Positions 24,875-37,755 of a DNA stretch of 64,000 nt are shown here, piece by piece. Under the pieces are notes generated by a model. That model saw only the letters and a program-made list of their open reading frames with translations, did not search any database and was not told the origin of the DNA. Source of the DNA: Octopus vulgaris (Eukaryota); contig OX597816.1 in NCBI GenBank assembly GCA_951406725.2, positions 45,880,001-45,944,000 of the forward strand. Reading direction: 5' to 3'. Position 1 is the first letter of the stretch, and each line of letters opens with the position of its first letter. A program made the position numbers and the translations under genes.

Positions 24875-26078
24875 TCACTTGTCCTGCCTGGTCTTCTCAC
24901 GTACAGAATATTTCCAAAGGTCTCGGTCTCTGGTCATTTCCTCAGTGAGGCCTAAAGTTCGAAGGTCGTGCTTCACCACCTCGTCCCAGGTTTTCCTGGG
25001 TCTACCTCTTCCACGGGTTCCCTCAACTGCTAGGGATTGGCACTTTCTCACACACCTATCTTCATCCATTCTCGCCACATGACCATACCAGCGCAATCGT
25101 CTCTCTTGCACACCACAACTGATGCTTCTTAGGTACAACATTTCTCTCAAGGTGCTAACGCTCTGTCGAGTATGTACACTGACATTACACATCCATCGGA
25201 GCATACTGGCTTCATTCCTCACGAGCTTACGCATGTCCTCAGCAGTCACGGCCCATGTTTCGCTGCCATGTAGCATGGCTGTTCGTACACACGCATCATA
25301 CAGTCTGCCTTTTACTCTGAGCGAGAGGCCTTTAGTCACCAGCAGAGGTAAGAGCTCCCTAAACTTTGCCCAGGCTATTCTTATTCTAGCAGTTACACTT
25401 TCAGCGCACCCACCCCCACTACTGACTTGGTCACCTAGATAACGGAAGCTATCAACTACTTCTAGTTTTTCCCCCTGGAAAGTGACGGAAGTTGTTTTCT
25501 GCAGATTTTCGGAGGTTAATGCTCCCGAGCATCTGCCACATACAAAAACTATCTTCCCAGTTAGCCTACCTTTGACATTGCTGCACCTCTTATGTGTCCA
25601 TAGCTTACACTGGGTACATCTTATAGAGTTTCTACCTACACCTTTTCTACAGATCGAGCAGGGCCATCTTCCTGAAGATATTTGTGGATTGTCTACCTTT
25701 CTACTTATTAGTACTTTGGTTTTAGCTAGGTTGACTCTAAGGCCCCTTGATTCTAAACCCTCCTTCCACACCTGAACTTCTCCTCCAGTTCTGATAGTGA
25801 CTCAGCAATAAGAGCAAGGTCGTCAGCGTAGAGGAGCTCCCAGGGACAGCCTGTCTTGAATTCCTCCGTAATTGCCTGGAGTACTATGATAAATAGGAGG
25901 GGGCTGAGTACTGAACCCTGGTGGACCCCAACCTCTACTTTGAATTCTTCTGTGTACATGTTGCCAACCCTAACCTTACTTACGGCATCTCTGTACATGG
26001 CTTGCACAGTCCTCACCAGCCATTCATCTATCCCTAGTTTCCTCATTGACCACCAGATAAGGGATCGGGGGACCCTGT
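24875..26078 (-). pseudogene. Reverse transcriptase ORF remnant with PHD-like Cys cluster, one frameshift near 25772
   Basis: ORFs 25753-26046 and 24875-25771 join across a 1-nt frameshift (LEEKF/VWKEGL). CSIC…CTQC…HKRC…CGRC lies inside. No endonuclease domain because of the truncation. Confidence 0.92.
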
Positions 26079-26424
26079 TATTTCAATATGAAAATAACAA
26101 CTTAAAGTAGGTGCACATGCATATACACACACACATGCAAATTTCTAGGTGAATGCTAAATTAAAAATATGTAAATTTTTAAACAACTTAAAACTCTTTA
26201 GTCTTTTTTTTGTACTATGGCGTACACTCTGTGTAAAAACCAGTTTGTCTGGAGCCCATCCACAGATTCACAATATAGAATTGTGATGAAACATAACCTT
26301 CGACCCTACTTGGAGTTTTTCACTAATCTAAACAATTTTGTTAGCCTGGTGTGCCAAAAGAGAGCTTATGAAGTATTTTGTCTGTATTGATAATTCTGCA
26401 CTATTAGCTACACACACACACACT

Positions 26425-26469
<45 letters not shown>

Positions 26470-26472
<3 letters not shown>

Positions 26473-27953
26473 ATTAAAATTAACTTCAATCTTGCTTGCT
26501 AGCTTGGAATGTTATACAGCCAAACTGGCACATAATGGGAAAATGCTAAGGAAGAAAAGTGCCCCTGGAATGTAATACAAATGGAATATAAAAAAAAAAG
26601 TTTCGCGAAAATCAGACCACTGGTTCTTGAGATATGGTGAATTTGGTGGGTATAAATACCCAAGACAGTGCAAAATGAGGAAAATACTCCGAAAATAGCT
26701 TAACCCTGAAAGGGAAGAAACTAACTTTTCAATTAGACATCATTATGATGGGCAAAAGTCTCTGTGACTTTAAATTGCCAACAAAAGAATACAAGTTGTT
26801 TTTATCGATTTTGTTAAAAACAATATTTTAATCATTTAGAAACATTTTTAAGTCAATGTGATTTCAAAAATGTAAGTTGTTCGTACAGTACGTATATATA
26901 TTTTACCTTTCTTTAAACAGAAAATATTAAAATTTTTTTTACAAATTATTTTCAAGTGAAAATATCATTGCAAAAATTTGGAGAGGGGGCATATTTAAAA
27001 CATATTTTAAAGTGAAAATGACTTTAAAAATACAGTGAATATTTCATAAAAGACCCATTCGTAACCTTGGTGTGAAATAATATTTTTCCAAGTACATTCA
27101 ATGTATCTCACATCTAAAAATTTGGCTGCTATTTCCAGCATGCCATGCTACCACATAACAGCTATTTGTAATAAAGGACCTGAAATAGCTGTTACATGGT
27201 AGCAGGGTGTGCAAGAAATGACATCCAAATCTTTCCTTTTCTGAGGAAAGGAGCCGTTTACACGTGATTTCGATATTACATGCAAAATGAAAGCATGCGA
27301 AACAACCTGGAAAAGAAAAGAAAAAAAACCACAAAACAAAACTCCATTGGTGGAAAACTCAGAATTTTCCAGGAAGCTCCAAGGTCCCTACCACCCCTCT
27401 CCCCGTTCTTTTCCGGAAGAAAGTGGCTTGTGGAGGTGAGATACATTGAATGCACTCAAAAAAAAACTGTAGAAAAAATTATTTAACACCGAAGTATGAA
27501 GAGGTCCTTTATGAAATATTTAACCAAGACCAGGATAGGCATGTGAATAGAAGGATCAATGTGACTGATAAAGCAAAGGTTGAGTGTCTGGCAGAACAGA
27601 GGGAAAGATACAGAAGCAGGAGAGATCAGGAATCGGATGCTCGGAGAGCCAAGTGTTTGGTGAAGCAGAGGGAAAGAGACAAAAGCAGGAGACATCATAA
27701 TTTGGATGCTCATGTGAATACAAATGGAATAAAACAAGTTTCGCAAAAATCAGAACATGGGTCTTTTCTGGTGGGGAGTACCTTTATAAATAGCCAAACC
27801 AACGTACAATGGGGGAAAATGCTTTGAAAGTCAGGTATTATTGAAAAGTGAATACACACAGAATAACAGAAGCTTCATGTAAATCGGACCACGGATTCCC
27901 AAGATACACAGTTTTATCAGATAATTTTACCAAACAGGCCACAGGTAGTCTAG
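26470..27953 (+). mobile_element. Probable non-autonomous Helitron-like element
   Basis: Ends ggccacaggtagtCTAG|t. Contains a charged-repeat ORF (QRERYRSRRDQESDARRAKCL…) like RepHel N-termini and a recurring gtttcgcgaaaatcagacca motif. The 5' boundary is uncertain. Confidence 0.5.
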
Positions 27954-27994
<41 letters not shown>

Positions 27995-29142
27995 GAATTA
28001 ATCACAGAAGAGAGGGCAATGGCGACAGATTAAACAGTCCAGTAAATTCATGAATTGTCATAGCAGGTGATAAAAATAGCTTTCATTTTACATAACACTT
28101 ATTAGCATAAAATAATTTTGCCCTAGTTGTACTGGCTGTATTATAGACATAGTTGCTTCATGACAATGATGATGATGATGATTTAAAAATTTTTTTTAAT
28201 AAATAATTATTGTTGATTACAGCTCTCTCTTTCTACTCTCTCTCTCTCTGTTCTGAATTCAAATCCCACTGGACTTGACTTCGTTTTTTTATCTCCTAAG
28301 CTTGATCAATAAAACAAGTGCCAGTAGAGTGGCTTTTTGCCAATGAAAAGAAGTTGCTATTACTTGGTTTGTGGGTGAGGTGAGTGGGGATGTGTGCCCA
28401 TGGTAGTTTCAATCATTCCCAAATCGGTGAGGTCGATGTGGTTAACGTTCAGTTTGAACTTATACTACTAGCTGACACTTGTATTGAAAACTGAGAGAGA
28501 GAGAGGGAGAGAAATAGAGAGAGAGAAGGTGGTTACAGACTAAAATTTTATATTTATTTTCAAACAATTTTAAAGTTTTTGTCTTATTTATTTTTGGAAC
28601 TTAACATTCACTTTCCCACCTGATTGCACAAGCTGAAAGTCTCTGTTCTTTATTCTGTTAAAATAGACACCTTTGAATTATACTTAATGTATATACACTG
28701 TCGATAGGCCAGTTACTGCAGTATTTATCTGGAGATAACATAATTTATAGATTTACACGATAAACATCAGAAAGGGATGAAACTTCATCCCAGCAGTAAT
28801 CAGCAAAAGCACAAAATGCATTTTAGTTTAGTTGGGCCTATCTCAATGGTGCATATTCATGGCTAGCCACATGCTCAAATATGAATCCATCTTCTCTGGT
28901 ACAGAAAAAAGTGAATGAAACAATTTTGCCAAATAACTACCCTCAAGAAGAGTCACTATAATAAAAGAGGATATACAGAAAAGACACAGCACATTGATAG
29001 GCTAATCACTGTAACAAGCTGGATAGTAGTGTTTGGTTTATAAATTAAAAAGGGATTTAAAATGTAAACTTGTGAAGCAGAAACTTTACCTTTGATATGT
29101 AAGCAGTATTTTAACATAGAGGTGCAGATGTATCTTATAGAT

Positions 29143-29449
29143 CAGTGGTTCCCAACTAGGGTCCATATAAGATTGAGCGGGGTGTCCACATAATAAAATA
29201 GTAAATTGGAGATCCACAATAGTATTTTAAGGGCCCCTGGAAAATTTTTGTTGTAAATATATGTATTGCAAGAAACAGCTAGGTTCCTTTCTCTAACATT
29301 TTACACAGTTTAATGTACATGAATGAATGTGTGAAAAACAACATAGGAATTTTGAAAGAAGTTTCTACAAAACTAGTTTTTAAACATCAGATGGCTATAG
29401 GGAGTCAAAGGAGTCCATAGATTAAAAAAAAAAAAACTGAGATCCCCTG
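29143..29449. mobile_element. hAT (Charlie/Buster-type) MITE
   Basis: TIRs cagtggttcccaa / ctgagatcccctg. 8-bp TSD ttatagat / atacagat with central TA on the left copy. Confidence 0.82.
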
Positions 29450-30259
29450 ATACAGATGATCAACAACTCTTCAGATATAATTTTTGGCCCTGATGCAGGA
29501 ACAGTCTTTAAGATGAAGCTTATGGCTGTGAGGCCACAATGAAAATTCAGAGACAATGCGGTTCCAGTATTTCTAAAATACTGAAGGTTTTATTTGTAAG
29601 TTTTTCATAAGTAGACATGGCATAGTTTGGAGACCAGTGACTATGTTGTTGCCATGTTCCTCAACATTAGAGCATGTTTCCCCAGACTTCTGTTCACAGT
29701 AGCAATGCATCATGTCATTTCTATATTGTTTGTGAAAATAGCTAATGTACAAAAGAAGTTTTTGATAAATGAAGGAGGACACCAAGTGTGTGTGTGTGTG
29801 TGTGGAGGGGGGTAAAAGTAATAACAGTGAGCATGTCATCGAAGTATAGAAGGAGTATGGCAGATATTAGTCATTCAAGATGATAGATCACTGTTGCCTA
29901 CTTTTCCAATAACCAATCACTCAATTATGAAGTAATAGTTAACAATACTGTTACTATAGAGATACTATCATAATTTTTCAACACTTAAGATATGTGTACT
30001 TTAAGCGATTAAGACATTGGATTACCAATATATGAGGCAAGTTGAGAGTTCAAATTTGCTACAAGCAATGTCTTGTGATTATGAGGAAGGAAAGACACAA
30101 ACTTTACATAGCTCAGTTTATCTTGGTCTAGTTCTAGATATGTAGTTTAAAACATTTCAGTATAAGTTCAAGTATTACCAGAGTATTATTTACCACTATG
30201 AAAATAGTCCTCAGTATTAATTATAAAACAAGTGTGAAAGTAGTCCAGTTTATTATTAA

Positions 30260-31217
30260 CCTTTTTAATATATTATCCCGTATATTGTCATTGAAAAATG
30301 CCGAGTAAATATATATTCAAACAAAAATATACATTGCCATTCATAATGCAGAGATGATTGAAGTTGATAAAAAGAGGGATTACTGTAAAGAAGCCCAAAG
30401 CAGTGATGGATTATAACAATACAATGGGAGGGATAGATAGAGCCAACCAACACTCAGCTGATTATCCAATTCCAAGGAATAGAAGAAAAAGGTATTATAA
30501 GAAAATATTTTTCTATATCATTGGTCTAGCCTTATGGAACACTATAATCTGTACAAAATGTCCAGAGGGAGCAAAAACCTTTGCGCTTTAGGATTCACGT
30601 GATTAAGAAGATCCTGCAAGAAAACCAACCTAGCATAACATCTTCCAAGCCAGGATACTCAGGAAAGAAACCCTCCTTGGCTTATCTTACAAAAAGATAT
30701 TTCCCAGATATCATTCCTTCAACTAAAGAGTCCATCGAGAGTTTGTGCTGTCTACAGTCAGAAAAGAGATGCAGCTGGAAAGATGGTTCGAAAAGAAAGC
30801 AGATACTTTTGTCCTGAGTGTGATGTTGGCCTTTGTGTAGCTCCTTGTTTCAAAATATACCATACATCTCAAGACTTCTAAGAAAACATGAAATATCAGC
30901 CATTTCTTTCTTATTTGTGACAAACAAGTTGTCTTTCTCATATTCTTTTATTATTATTTTTCTTTCAATAATGCATTGTAAAAAGATTTCATGGTAATTT
31001 CAATTATTTCATTTTTTTTTTTTTATTCTCAAAAAAGAAAGCTGAAATAATTTGGGATAAAAATTTCAAGAAAGTCGAGGTGTCGGTAACTTCAAAATAA
31101 ATTATAACCGATCCAAAGTAATTTATCTACTTATCCTTCCTTATACACAGATTCAAAATAAATAATTTAAAATATATCTTTTGCATGGTAATTAAAAAAA
31201 ATGTGTATGTTAAGAGG
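30260..31217 (+). mobile_element. Internally deleted piggyBac (PGBD4-like) transposon
   Basis: KPKAVMDYNNTMGGIDRANQ…YYKKIFF and C-terminal CRD VCAV…RYFCPECDVGLCVAPCFKIYH* (stop 30879-30881). TTAA-cc… left end and a degenerate right end. Confidence 0.88.
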
Positions 31218-31492
31218 TAAAACACTATAACAGCCTTGAGCAACCAGCAGGACTTTCTAAACAGCATGCCTAACAAAGATTAACTTGAATTTTTTTTAGT
31301 AGTGCATCACACCTAATGATGAACAATGTCTCATGCAGCCAACTTTTCAAGAAAAATTGCTCGTGTCTACATTCTAACTATAAGGTAACTGTGAAAGTAG
31401 TCCAGCATATTAATTATTACAAACTCCACAGTGATAAGGCAATTTGTGAAAATAACCCCGTATTTTAATTATTAGAAACTTGATAAGCTTAA

Positions 31493-31713
31493 CCCTTCAG
31501 TGTTCGCATCATTCTGCCAAAATGAATGCTTCTTCATCCACATTGTTTTGAACTAATCATGCATTATCTTGTAGCTATGAGATTTTGATGAGGTAGCTGT
31601 TCATTTTTAAAACGATATTGTAGGGTTGGTGTGAGAGACCAGATATGGCCAGTTTGAACATAAAACAAGCAGAATACTTTTGGCCAGATATGGTCGGTTT
31701 AAATGCTAAAGGG
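31493..31713 (-). mobile_element. TTAA MITE family E
   Basis: TTAA on both sides. Closely similar to 2552-2772. Confidence 0.9.
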
Positions 31714-32158
31714 TTAAAGCAACTATCACAGTTCTTTTAGATATAGTAATGCTAGTACAGATTACTGGGGAGAGAAGGTGACAAATTTGAGTATTTGCAT
31801 GTCAAACTAATTATAAATTCATACAACTAATTATTATTTCTACCATGAATAAACCAAGTGTTAAACTGTTATGTCAACCAGTCAAGAGCCTATTAGCCCT
31901 ACCAGTCTGTGGTAGGCTTTGTGACCATGGTATAGTACTGAAATTCTCCACAACCTATCAGTATTGCCTCAAACCAACAAGAATGCATCTACACAATGGC
32001 TCAAACTGCTGGAAAAGGCAACTGAAATCTCCCTCAAATCAGACATGACTGTTTTGATTGAGAGAGGACACTAAAGTAAAACACACACAAAACAAAAAAG
32101 ATATGTAATGAAAGTTTGGACAAATTTTGATCATGGAAATGACCTAAAGCTAAACAAC

Positions 32159-32550
32159 AGGTGCAGGAGTGGCTGTGTGGTAAGTAGCTTGGTTACCAAC
32201 CACATGGTTCCGGGTTCAGTCCCACTGCGTGGCACCTTGGGCAAGTGTCTTCTACTATAGCCTTGGGCCGACCAAAGCCTTGTGAGTGGATTTGGTAGAC
32301 AGAAACTGAAAGAAGCCCATCGTATATATGTATATGTGTGTGTGTTTGTCTAACCCCCCCCCCAACATTGCTTGACAACCAATGCTGGTGTGTTTACATC
32401 CCCGTAACTTAGCGGTTTGGCAAAAGAGACCAATACAATAAGTACTAGGCTTACAAAGAATAAGTCCCGGGGTCAATTTGCTCGACTAAAAGTAGTGCTC
32501 CAGCATGGCTGCAGTCAAATGACTGAAACAAGTAAAAGAGTAAAGAGTAA
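32159..32550 (+). mobile_element. Family A SINE, full length
   Basis: Matches 1182-1600. Confidence 0.9.
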
Positions 32551-32677
32551 CAACCAGTAATACTACTACTACTACCACCACCACCACCACCACTACTACT
32601 ACTACTACTACTCCTTAAGAGTTTGAAGGGATTTCCACCCTCCCCCATTCCAACTTTCTAATGAAATTTATGGTAAT

Positions 32678-32724
<47 letters not shown>

Positions 32725-33256
32725 ATTAAGCAAACAAGACTGAAGTGAATTCTGAGAATTTGCATTCTCACTTTCTGCAAATAAGTATTACATTGAAATT
32801 CCTGCACAAAACAAAAGATAGTTAAGTAATGTAATTGTAAATGAGAAATAGATGAATAAATAACAAAAAAGAAAAGTGAGTGTGAATGTCTGAGTGGAAG
32901 GAAGAGGAGAAGGAGGGACAGGAGGATAGGTAAAAGGAGAAGGCAAGACAATGAGGAAAAATTAGACGAAAGGAGCTTATATTCTGAAGAACAAATGAAA
33001 CAGTTCAAAAAAAAAAAAAAAAAGATAATATAAAAGAATTGGTGGGATGCTAATCATTTCCAGTGGAAGTTTTTTTTTTTTTTTTTTCCTCTGAATAAAT
33101 TTTTAAAAATAAACAAAAAAAAAATAAAGTTTCACCTGACAATAATTGAAGTAGGTAGGTGGGTGGGTGGATGGGTGTGTTGAAGATGAAAGAAATAAAA
33201 CAGCAATTCAAAAATACTGCTATATAGTCATAATGAATTGGGAAATAAATGGTGGA

Positions 33257-33259
<3 letters not shown>

Positions 33260-33291
<32 letters not shown>

Positions 33292-33563
33292 CCTGAATAC
33301 ATGGATGTTAAATATTTCATACAATATGAGTCTGTAGAGGGATAGATGTAGACATTAGTATGTAGATAAATATATATGCAGGTATATCAATAATACACAT
33401 ACATACATTAATACATAAATATACGGGCATTGATATATATATATATATATATACACATATGTATGTATGTATGTATACATGACTGTACCTAAACAGATAT
33501 ATATATATATACATACACAAACACATGTATCTATCTATCTATAGATAGATACATGTGTTTGAA

Positions 33564-33613
<50 letters not shown>

Positions 33614-34194
33614 TAAAGAATGTGTAGTGGCTAGCAATCTATCACGTATATATATATGAATATATATACATATGAATATTATATATACACACATATATAC
33701 ATACATGTATCTGAATAGACATAAATGTATGTACATAAATACGTACACACAGATACATACATTTATATACACAGACATAAATGTATGTACAGAGATATAT
33801 ATATACTTGTATGTACATACATAACTACATGTTTGAAAAGTGTTCATACACATATGGATCTATGTTCATACATCTAGGTACCTTCAATACATACAAGCAT
33901 TTCTACAGATACATACATGTACAAAGGTATATACATGTACAGGTGAAAGCATACATGTGTAGACATACCTATACCTCTATAGATACATGTAAATGTATAT
34001 GTATGTATGTAGACATGTATACTTTGCCTGTGTAAGTGAACAGATGCATTAAATTTGTGTTTAAATATATATGATGCTGATATATTCTTTGTATATTTTT
34101 CTGATGTGTGTATGTGTGTCTGTTAGTGTATTCATTATATTCAGACAGTATAGATACACTAAAATATATAAGCATATTATACACAGAGACATAG

Positions 34195-34232
<38 letters not shown>

Positions 34233-34390
34233 GATATACTTAAGTGCATTATAAAAAATGCGTAAATGAATGAATGTGTGAATGTACATGTGTGTGTGTG
34301 TGTCTGGTTACATATACACATAAACACCAGCACATACACACACACTCACGTTCAACAGACGTATACATTTAAACTGAAATTACAACACAC
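33260..34390. repeat. Low-complexity (TA)/(TACA)/(CA) microsatellite field
   Basis: Interleaved purine-pyrimidine alternating repeats. The ORFs here are YI/HT-rich artefacts. Confidence 0.9.
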
Positions 34391-34708
34391 ATACACAAAA
34401 GAGAAATTCAGTTGCTAACAGAATTTTTGTAACTAAGCAGAAAACCATGGTAACGAAGATTCAGAGCAACAAACAAACAACAGACTGCTCAACAGCACCA
34501 ACCAGCAGTGCATGACAATATATTTCTAGAAGATAAACATATTTTACAGCAGGAGGGAGAGAGGTAGGAGAGAGAGAATGTATGTCTGTTGATAAAGAAG
34601 AGTTCCATACCACAGCATCAGAGATAAACAAGTAAGCTTCCTATGAAGTCACTCATGTTGCTGAAAATAGCAGCCATGCCTCCCTCAAACCATACCTTAC
34701 TACTTTAA

Positions 34709-35005
34709 CTCTTTCAATACCAACATGCATGAGACTGCCTGTCGTTTTATGGAACAAGCTTCCTGTTTGTTTTAAAACGATCTAAATTAAAACTGCTCAT
34801 TAAAATTTCATGCTAATTTAAGTTCCAAATACCAGCTTAAAATGAACTAAATTAAATCCTTCCATAGAAATTCCATATTAACTTGTATTCGAAATTCCAG
34901 TTTAATAATAATAAAGTTATTTGACTAAATTTTTCAAAATTAATTATAACAAAATTAATTATAACAAAGACAATGTATTTTAACAGGAATTTGGTAACAA
35001 AAGGG
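34709..35005 (+). mobile_element. TTAA MITE family F with internal duplication
   Basis: TTAA at 34705 and 35006. The ctaaattaaa…ccag.ttaa segment occurs twice. Confidence 0.85.
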
Positions 35006-35942
35006 TTAACATCATTACCAGCCCATCATATCTGGTCTTTAGATGCCCTCTGTTACAAGTACTTGAACCATATCATTGATTTGAGGGTAACTCAATATCT
35101 TGGAATAATGTTTCTTAATGCAACAAACTAGGAGTTCTATCCGGGAAGTGGAGAGGGTTCTTCTTTTCTCCCCAACATTCTCAAAGACCTACAAAGGTCA
35201 CTGATGCCACCTTTTTTATTTATTTATTTACAAAACTTCAATAAAAAGCAAAGTAAAAATCTAGCTGGTAGACACCCTACAGACCCTACTTTGTAATCAC
35301 ACACAGGATACATTATCTGATAATTCTTCCCTAGAACATAAACTATATATGCAACACTGAAATTTCATTCTCAATGAGCTAATGAGGATTTCTACATGGT
35401 AGGTTGATCTGCTAGAAACAACAGCTAAATTCTCGTTGTTTAAAGCCGAAAAAGAAAAACACGAAAATCCTAAAATCAAGGGACCATGTAAAAGAAGTAC
35501 TTGTGTAGATGATGGCGCCATGTAAAAAAAATCCAGTGGCTGGCATTAGGAAGGGCATCCAGCTGTAGGAAGAAAGTCAAAACAGGCTATGGAATCTAGT
35601 GCAATCCCTGGCCTTCCCAGTTCCTGTCAAGTCATTCCAACCATGCCAGCATGAAAAACAGGCATTAAATGATGATGATCATGATGATAGTTCTTGGTAC
35701 TTAAGTTCATTTAAAATGCGGTTTAATATCTTATTTGTTGTTATTTACCCTTTAAACAATTTCTCCATCAGTGTATTCTTGACCACCTTCAGATGCTTGT
35801 ATTTCCTACACAAATAACATTTCTTAAAGTTACATCTTAAACTCACAACTGTGTTCAGCAGGTCATTCAATGCACTCTCATCTGCTCAGCTATAATTCAA
35901 TAGTTCAAATAGTTTACTATTTAATAACTCATCACATACAGA

Positions 35943-36325
35943 AGTGCAGGCATGGCTGTGTGGTAAGAAGCTTGCTACCCAACCTCATGGTTCCAAGTTC
36001 AGTCTCACTGCATGGCACCTTGGATAAATGTCTACTATAGCCTCAGACCAACCAAAACCTTGTGAGTGAATATGGCAGACAGAAATGGAAAGAAATCCAT
36101 CGTGTGTGTGTGTGTGTCCCCATCCTTCATCACTGCTTGACAACTGGTGTCGGTGTGTTTACACCCCCCCCCCCCATCACCTAGTGGTTCAGCAAAAAAG
36201 ACTAACAGAATAAGTACCAGGTTTAAAAAGATAAGTGTTGGGGGTCAATTTGTTCAATTAAAACCTCTCAAGGTGGTGCCCCAGCATGGCCACAGTCTAA
36301 TAACTGCAATAAGTAAATGATAAAA
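35943..36325 (+). mobile_element. Family A SINE
   Basis: Head, body and tail recognisable. Confidence 0.85.
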
Positions 36326-36360
36326 GACACACAAAAATATATAAAAACAATGCTCATTAA

Positions 36361-36991
36361 CCCTTTCAACATCAATCCATGTGAGACCACCACTGGTTCT
36401 ATGACTCAAACTTGCTGTTTTAAAGGGATCAGAGCCTTCAATTAAAACTTCTTGCTAATTTATGTTTCTAAATATCAGCTTAATCTCTATATATAATCTA
36501 TATATATAAAGCTGAAGTTGTCTGTGTGTGTGTATGTGGCAGGTTTGGTAGCCTTCAACTAACACTATCTCCTTCAAGACCCTGCAGCACAAGTTGACCA
36601 AAATTGAGAGTATGATAGAGGGCTTGTTCTTCCTTCCGTAGAAGAAAAAAATCAAATTGGACCATGTTAACACCAAGCATTATTTACATCAAAAAGGTGC
36701 TTTTTTTTCTATGAAAATCCCTATTTTTTTACGATTTTTTGTGTCGCCATTTTTCAGTGAATTTCAACCAGAAAAATGTTCACTTAAAGAGAATAACAAG
36801 CTACATAATGCAAAATGTTTACTTTTCAAAAATTCAAATTCTAAAGGGTCGAAAAAAAAAAGCAAACCCGAGCAATGCCGGGCTATACTCCTAGTAATGG
36901 ATAAAGGTATTTTACTAAATTTTTCATTATTTTCAAAATTAACTGAAACAACACGTGGTGTATTTATAATAGAAATACAGTAACAAAAGAT
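36361..36991 (+). mobile_element. MITE F split by a Helitron
   Basis: Arms at 36361-36483 and 36895-36991, TTAA flanks. Confidence 0.82.
36484..36894 (+). mobile_element. Non-autonomous Helitron
   Basis: 5' TC(tctatatata…aaagctgaagttgt), subterminal hairpin cccg-agcaatgc-cggg, 3' CTAG. Inserted between A and T with no TSD. Confidence 0.88.
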
Positions 36992-37344
36992 TTAACTGTT
37001 ACACTTAGTCAATCTTGATTTAAGCAGACATTTGACCAAAGACATTATGGTTGTGACTATCCCATCTTTATAAGAATATCTATGATCACATTATTCAATG
37101 TATTTAAAATGGTAGAGTGTGATTTGAGGGCAATTTGGCTGCTATTTGCAACAGGTTTTCTTTTGCATATGTGAATTACAATCAACGAGAGTCCTCTATG
37201 CTGAGTGATTAGATAGAGGTTCCACACAGATTAGATTTCTTGCAAACTGAAAGGAATTTGGGCCCTAATTTATAAAACAAATGAGAGACTGCCACATTCT
37301 AATTAATCAACCATAATATAATAATGGCACTTAATTTACTGCTA

Positions 37345-37685
37345 AGTGAAGGCACAGGGCTCAGTGGTTAGAGCTTCGAGCTCACGAGCATGAGGTAGTG
37401 AGTGGTTCCCAGACTGGGCTATGTGTTGTGTTCTTGAGCAAGATACTTTATTTCATGTTGCTCCAGTTCACACACCTGTAGAAATGAGTTGTGATGTCAC
37501 TGGTGTTAAGTTGTATCGGTGTTTGCCTTTCCTTTGGATAACATCAGTGGCACAAAGAGGGGAAGCTGGTATGCATAGGCAACTGCTGGTCTTCTATAAA
37601 CAACCTTACCCAGACTTGCACTTTAGAGGGGAATTTTCTAGGTGCAATCCCATGGTCATTCATGACCAAAGGGCATCTTCATTTA
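37345..37685 (+). mobile_element. Family C SINE, full length
   Basis: tRNA-like head ggctcagtggttagagc, followed by gtgttgtgttcttgagcaagatacttta. Confidence 0.85.
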
Positions 37686-37716
37686 TTTAATTCATTGCTA
37701 AAAAAATCACACTCAT

Positions 37717-37755
<39 letters not shown>

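Larger units (their letters stand above)
24064..26078 (-). mobile_element. 5'-truncated RTE-clade (RTE/RTE-X-like) LINE
   Basis: RT motifs GVHQGSVLSPLLF, LYADDL and FRYLG, RTE C-terminus R.RWYGHV.RM…RGRGRPRKTW, ~800-bp 3' UTR and (GAT)n tail. Confidence 0.95.

Noticed and set aside
24040-26110. Target-site duplication around the RTE LINE, or an intact active element
   Set aside because: No matching flanking repeat is visible. The element is 5'-truncated and frameshifted.
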